Assembly: GCF_009914755.1 (NCBI RefSeq)
Contig: NC_060934.1
Strand: one strand, 5' to 3'
Origin: the human T2T-CHM13v2.0 reference genome, Homo sapiens
Length of the DNA stretch: 64,000 nucleotides
The position numbers and the translations under genes are program-made. The notes below the pieces were generated by a model that worked only from the letters and a program-made list of their open reading frames with translations, was not told where the DNA came from and ran no database searches. Below, in pieces: positions 60,719 to 64,000 of this stretch. Every line of letters begins with the position of its first letter. The stretch's first letter is position 1.

Positions 60719-60900
60719 ATTGCCCCTGGAACACCCTCCACCCTCCATCCATTTTTACATGTTCAGATTGTAGGATTTAGGTCAGATAACAGAGCAGGAG
60801 TTTAAGAGTCAATCTGACCTGGATTCAAATCTTATCTCTGAATTTTGTAGTTCTATGACCTAGAGCAAATTCCCTCTCTGAGATTTGGTTCCCTCATTTA

Positions 60901-61279
<379 letters not shown>

Positions 61280-61794
61280 TTAGAATACATTGCAATTCCC
61301 TTCAACGGATTATGTTCTTAGTTAGCTAACAGTACGTACACGAATCACTCCAGAATGTTGACAGTTGCTTTTATTTTCTCAGCTATTTATTTGTAATTTC
61401 GGCTCAGGCCCTGCTTTCAGACGTTCTCCCTCCTGGACAGGTAGCATTAGCTGAGTCAGTATAGGAGGGATATTGGGAAGACAGGAGTGAAATGAAAGAG
61501 AAAAATGCATAAGTGAGGAAATGAATGAAGAAAATAACACCTCTGAACCCCCAGTACCCAGCACATAGTAGCAAAGTTTTATATTAATGTAATTTTTTAA
61601 AATGACAATTAAAGGTATAATGAAAGAGGGAAGCATAGGGCTGGGGGTGACGGATCCAGAGAAAAAGGGCAATTTGGCCGAGTCCTGAAGGCTAAATGAG
61701 CCACAACCAGCAGGGTGGTTGAGAAGGATAGGAGCGGGGATGGGTCCTGGAAGCTTCTTCCTAGAGGAGTAAGGGTGGAAAATGAACAAATACA

Positions 61795-61971
61795 TAGGGC
61801 AGGCTTCATGAATGTGTGGTCTATGCAGTCACACAGAGTTCTGTGCTCAGAAGGTACCATGCTTGGCTTCATTTTCTGCTGTCGCCTTCTTGAAATGCTT
61901 AATATTTTTTGAACAAGAGGCCCTTCATTTTTATTTTATACTAGGCTCTGCAAATTATGTAGATGGTTCTG
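61795..61971. mobile_element. MER45A-like hAT-Tip100 MITE
   Basis: 'agggcaggcttcatg...gcagtcacacag...gcaaattatgtagatggttctg', ~177 bp. Confidence 0.82.
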
Positions 61972-63414
61972 AATATATGATAGTGCTTTTTCCCCTTATG
62001 CCTGAAAAACATATGAATTCAAATGTTTGAGATACTTATACAGCCTCATCACCCCCTACATTGGGTAAACTGATTGAAGCAATGCTTAAAGACGAAAAAA
62101 TAACCATGAAGTGGGGAGGGCCTAAGGACATGGAGAGAAAGCAATTTGAATCTGATTTTCCTGGAGATGCCCCTCTGTGCAGGAAAACAGTTTGTACCAG
62201 GTGACAACTGGACTATTATAAGCTGGAGTTAAGCAAAAATCCCTATCATGGAATATAAGCTTAGGGTTTGGTGACATTCCAAGAGACATTAAAAGGAAGG
62301 TCATTCAAGTGGCCAGGACGCAAGGGGTTAACTTTTTTCCATGCAGAACAGTAGGGTCTCAAAGAGTTTTACATTGAACAAAATATATATACACAATATG
62401 ACAGCAGGGGGCTGGCCTTCAAGTCTCTATGTAAACATCACGACTGACTTCGGAGTTCTGGAACTCTTACTCCTGAAAACCTTATATTTTCAAATGGCAT
62501 CCCAACCCCCCAGCAAGAAGTTACATTTTTTCCCTTCTTTAAACAACCAGCAAGAGTAATGGCATGATGAACAAATTTCATTTCTTCTGTTCAGCTTTTT
62601 CCATCGCGAACACAGCCTCCCTGAGGCCAGATGGCACCAAAGCAATTGCTAGTAAGTCAATACATCTGGCGACATTCCTGAAATGACAAATCTGATGGAG
62701 CAACGTCCAGCTCCTACACAAAGCCTCTTTTCAGAGCATTTTCACTGGTACTTGTCTGCTATAAGCAGAACCTAATGTGTGAAAACAAAATAAAATCCAA
62801 CTCTTTCACCGCCCCATGCTGCAGTTTCATTTTTGCTGCTTTTATTAACGTGACTCTCCTTCCCACTTCTGCACCTCAACCTGAAACTGATGAGCATTCT
62901 CTGTCTGACAATGAGAGCCTGCACCACAGCCTCTAAATGCTGACTGTGTTGGAACTGCTAAGAGCTCAGCAGACAACAACAACTCTGTTGCTCTTTGCAT
63001 TATAAGCTATAAGCTCATTTAGGGAATTACCTGCAGAAAAGAATCAATGAGAACGGTGAGCTTGGGAAGGAATTGGAACCTGCCCCCCACGCAAATCTTT
63101 CACCAGTGGAGTTTATGAGTTGGGCTTCATGAGTGACCTCTGACTCCCAGAAGGACTACAATATGTTAGAGATCTGCTGGCATGGTCACAAAAACTGATG
63201 AGCTATGGCACTACACACAAACACACATACACACACACACAAGGTATGCTGGAATTTAGGGCTTTGTAAAATCTTCAAGTCACTACCTAAAAATCATCCA
63301 GGTGAGTCTGCCCCATTCAATTAGTGGTCTATTTTCAGCACCATCCTTCAGTGAAGTCTCAACCTGGTATAAGATGTAGTTACGTGGTCTACTTTAACCA
63401 ACATTTTTTTTCAT

Positions 63415-63637
63415 AATTCCATTCAACTGAAATGTATTGAGTGCCAATAAGGTGTAAGACTTCAGATATAGTAAAAGGCAAAATAGACATGGTTTCTATT
63501 CTTAGAAGCTTACTCCCATATGGGAAATTACTTAAATTTACTGTAGTAGGAGACAGAAAATAAACAAGAAAACAAAGGAATACACTAGATAATTCCAGTA
63601 AGAATAAGCATGATAAAGGAAATAAATAAGAGGACCC

Positions 63638-63692
<55 letters not shown>

Positions 63693-64000
63693 AAAAGAAA
63701 GAAAGAAAGAAAGAAAAAAGAAAAGAGAAAGAAAGACAGACAGACTATAGTAGTAAGGTAGGTGGCTTTAAATAGCAAGAGCAGAGAAGGTCTTTGGCAT
63801 GAGCCTAAAGGATAAGGAGGAGACCATCAGCCGTGCAAAGATCTGAGCAAAGTGCCTTCCAGGCTGAGCTGTTTGCCTTGAGCAGAAACACTAAGAAGGG
63901 AATGAGCTTGGCTCAAAGAACAGAGGGATGTAATGAACCAGGAGAGACAGCTGGAAGAAAAGTCAAAGAGGAAGCTAGAGGCTTTGCTGGCCGTGGAAAG
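63415..64000 (-). mobile_element. L2 relic
   Basis: 'ttccattcaactgaaatgtattgagtgcc...', 'aggctttgctggccgtggaaag'. Confidence 0.7.
63639..63743. repeat. (GAAA)n STR: 14 perfect units (63639-63694) plus degenerate extension
   Basis: Directly visible. Confidence 0.95.

Overview
Primate (very likely human or great-ape) non-coding genomic DNA, intronic or intergenic. No protein-coding gene, RNA gene or CpG-island promoter can be supported from the sequence. Much of the window is interspersed repeats: 18 Alus (S and Y types), old L1M/L1MB/L1ME fragments, a young 5'-truncated L1PA2-type insertion, L2/MIR relics, solo LTRs (LTR16, MLT1, THE1, LTR12/ERV9), hAT/Tigger MITEs and microsatellites. The longest ORFs are repeat-derived. 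The most unusual structure is at 41.9-43.8 kb: a locus-specific ~215-bp inverted duplication (~90% arm identity by hand alignment, 213-bp spacer) nested between two direct copies of a ~155-bp segment (~80% identity), the second copy later split by two Alus. Other notable items are a short 3' transduction carried by the L1PA2, a very young AluY with opposite-orientation Alus on both sides, and an LTR12 lacking both AATAAA motifs. Repeat subfamily calls come from recalled consensus sequences, and boundaries of old repeats are approximate.
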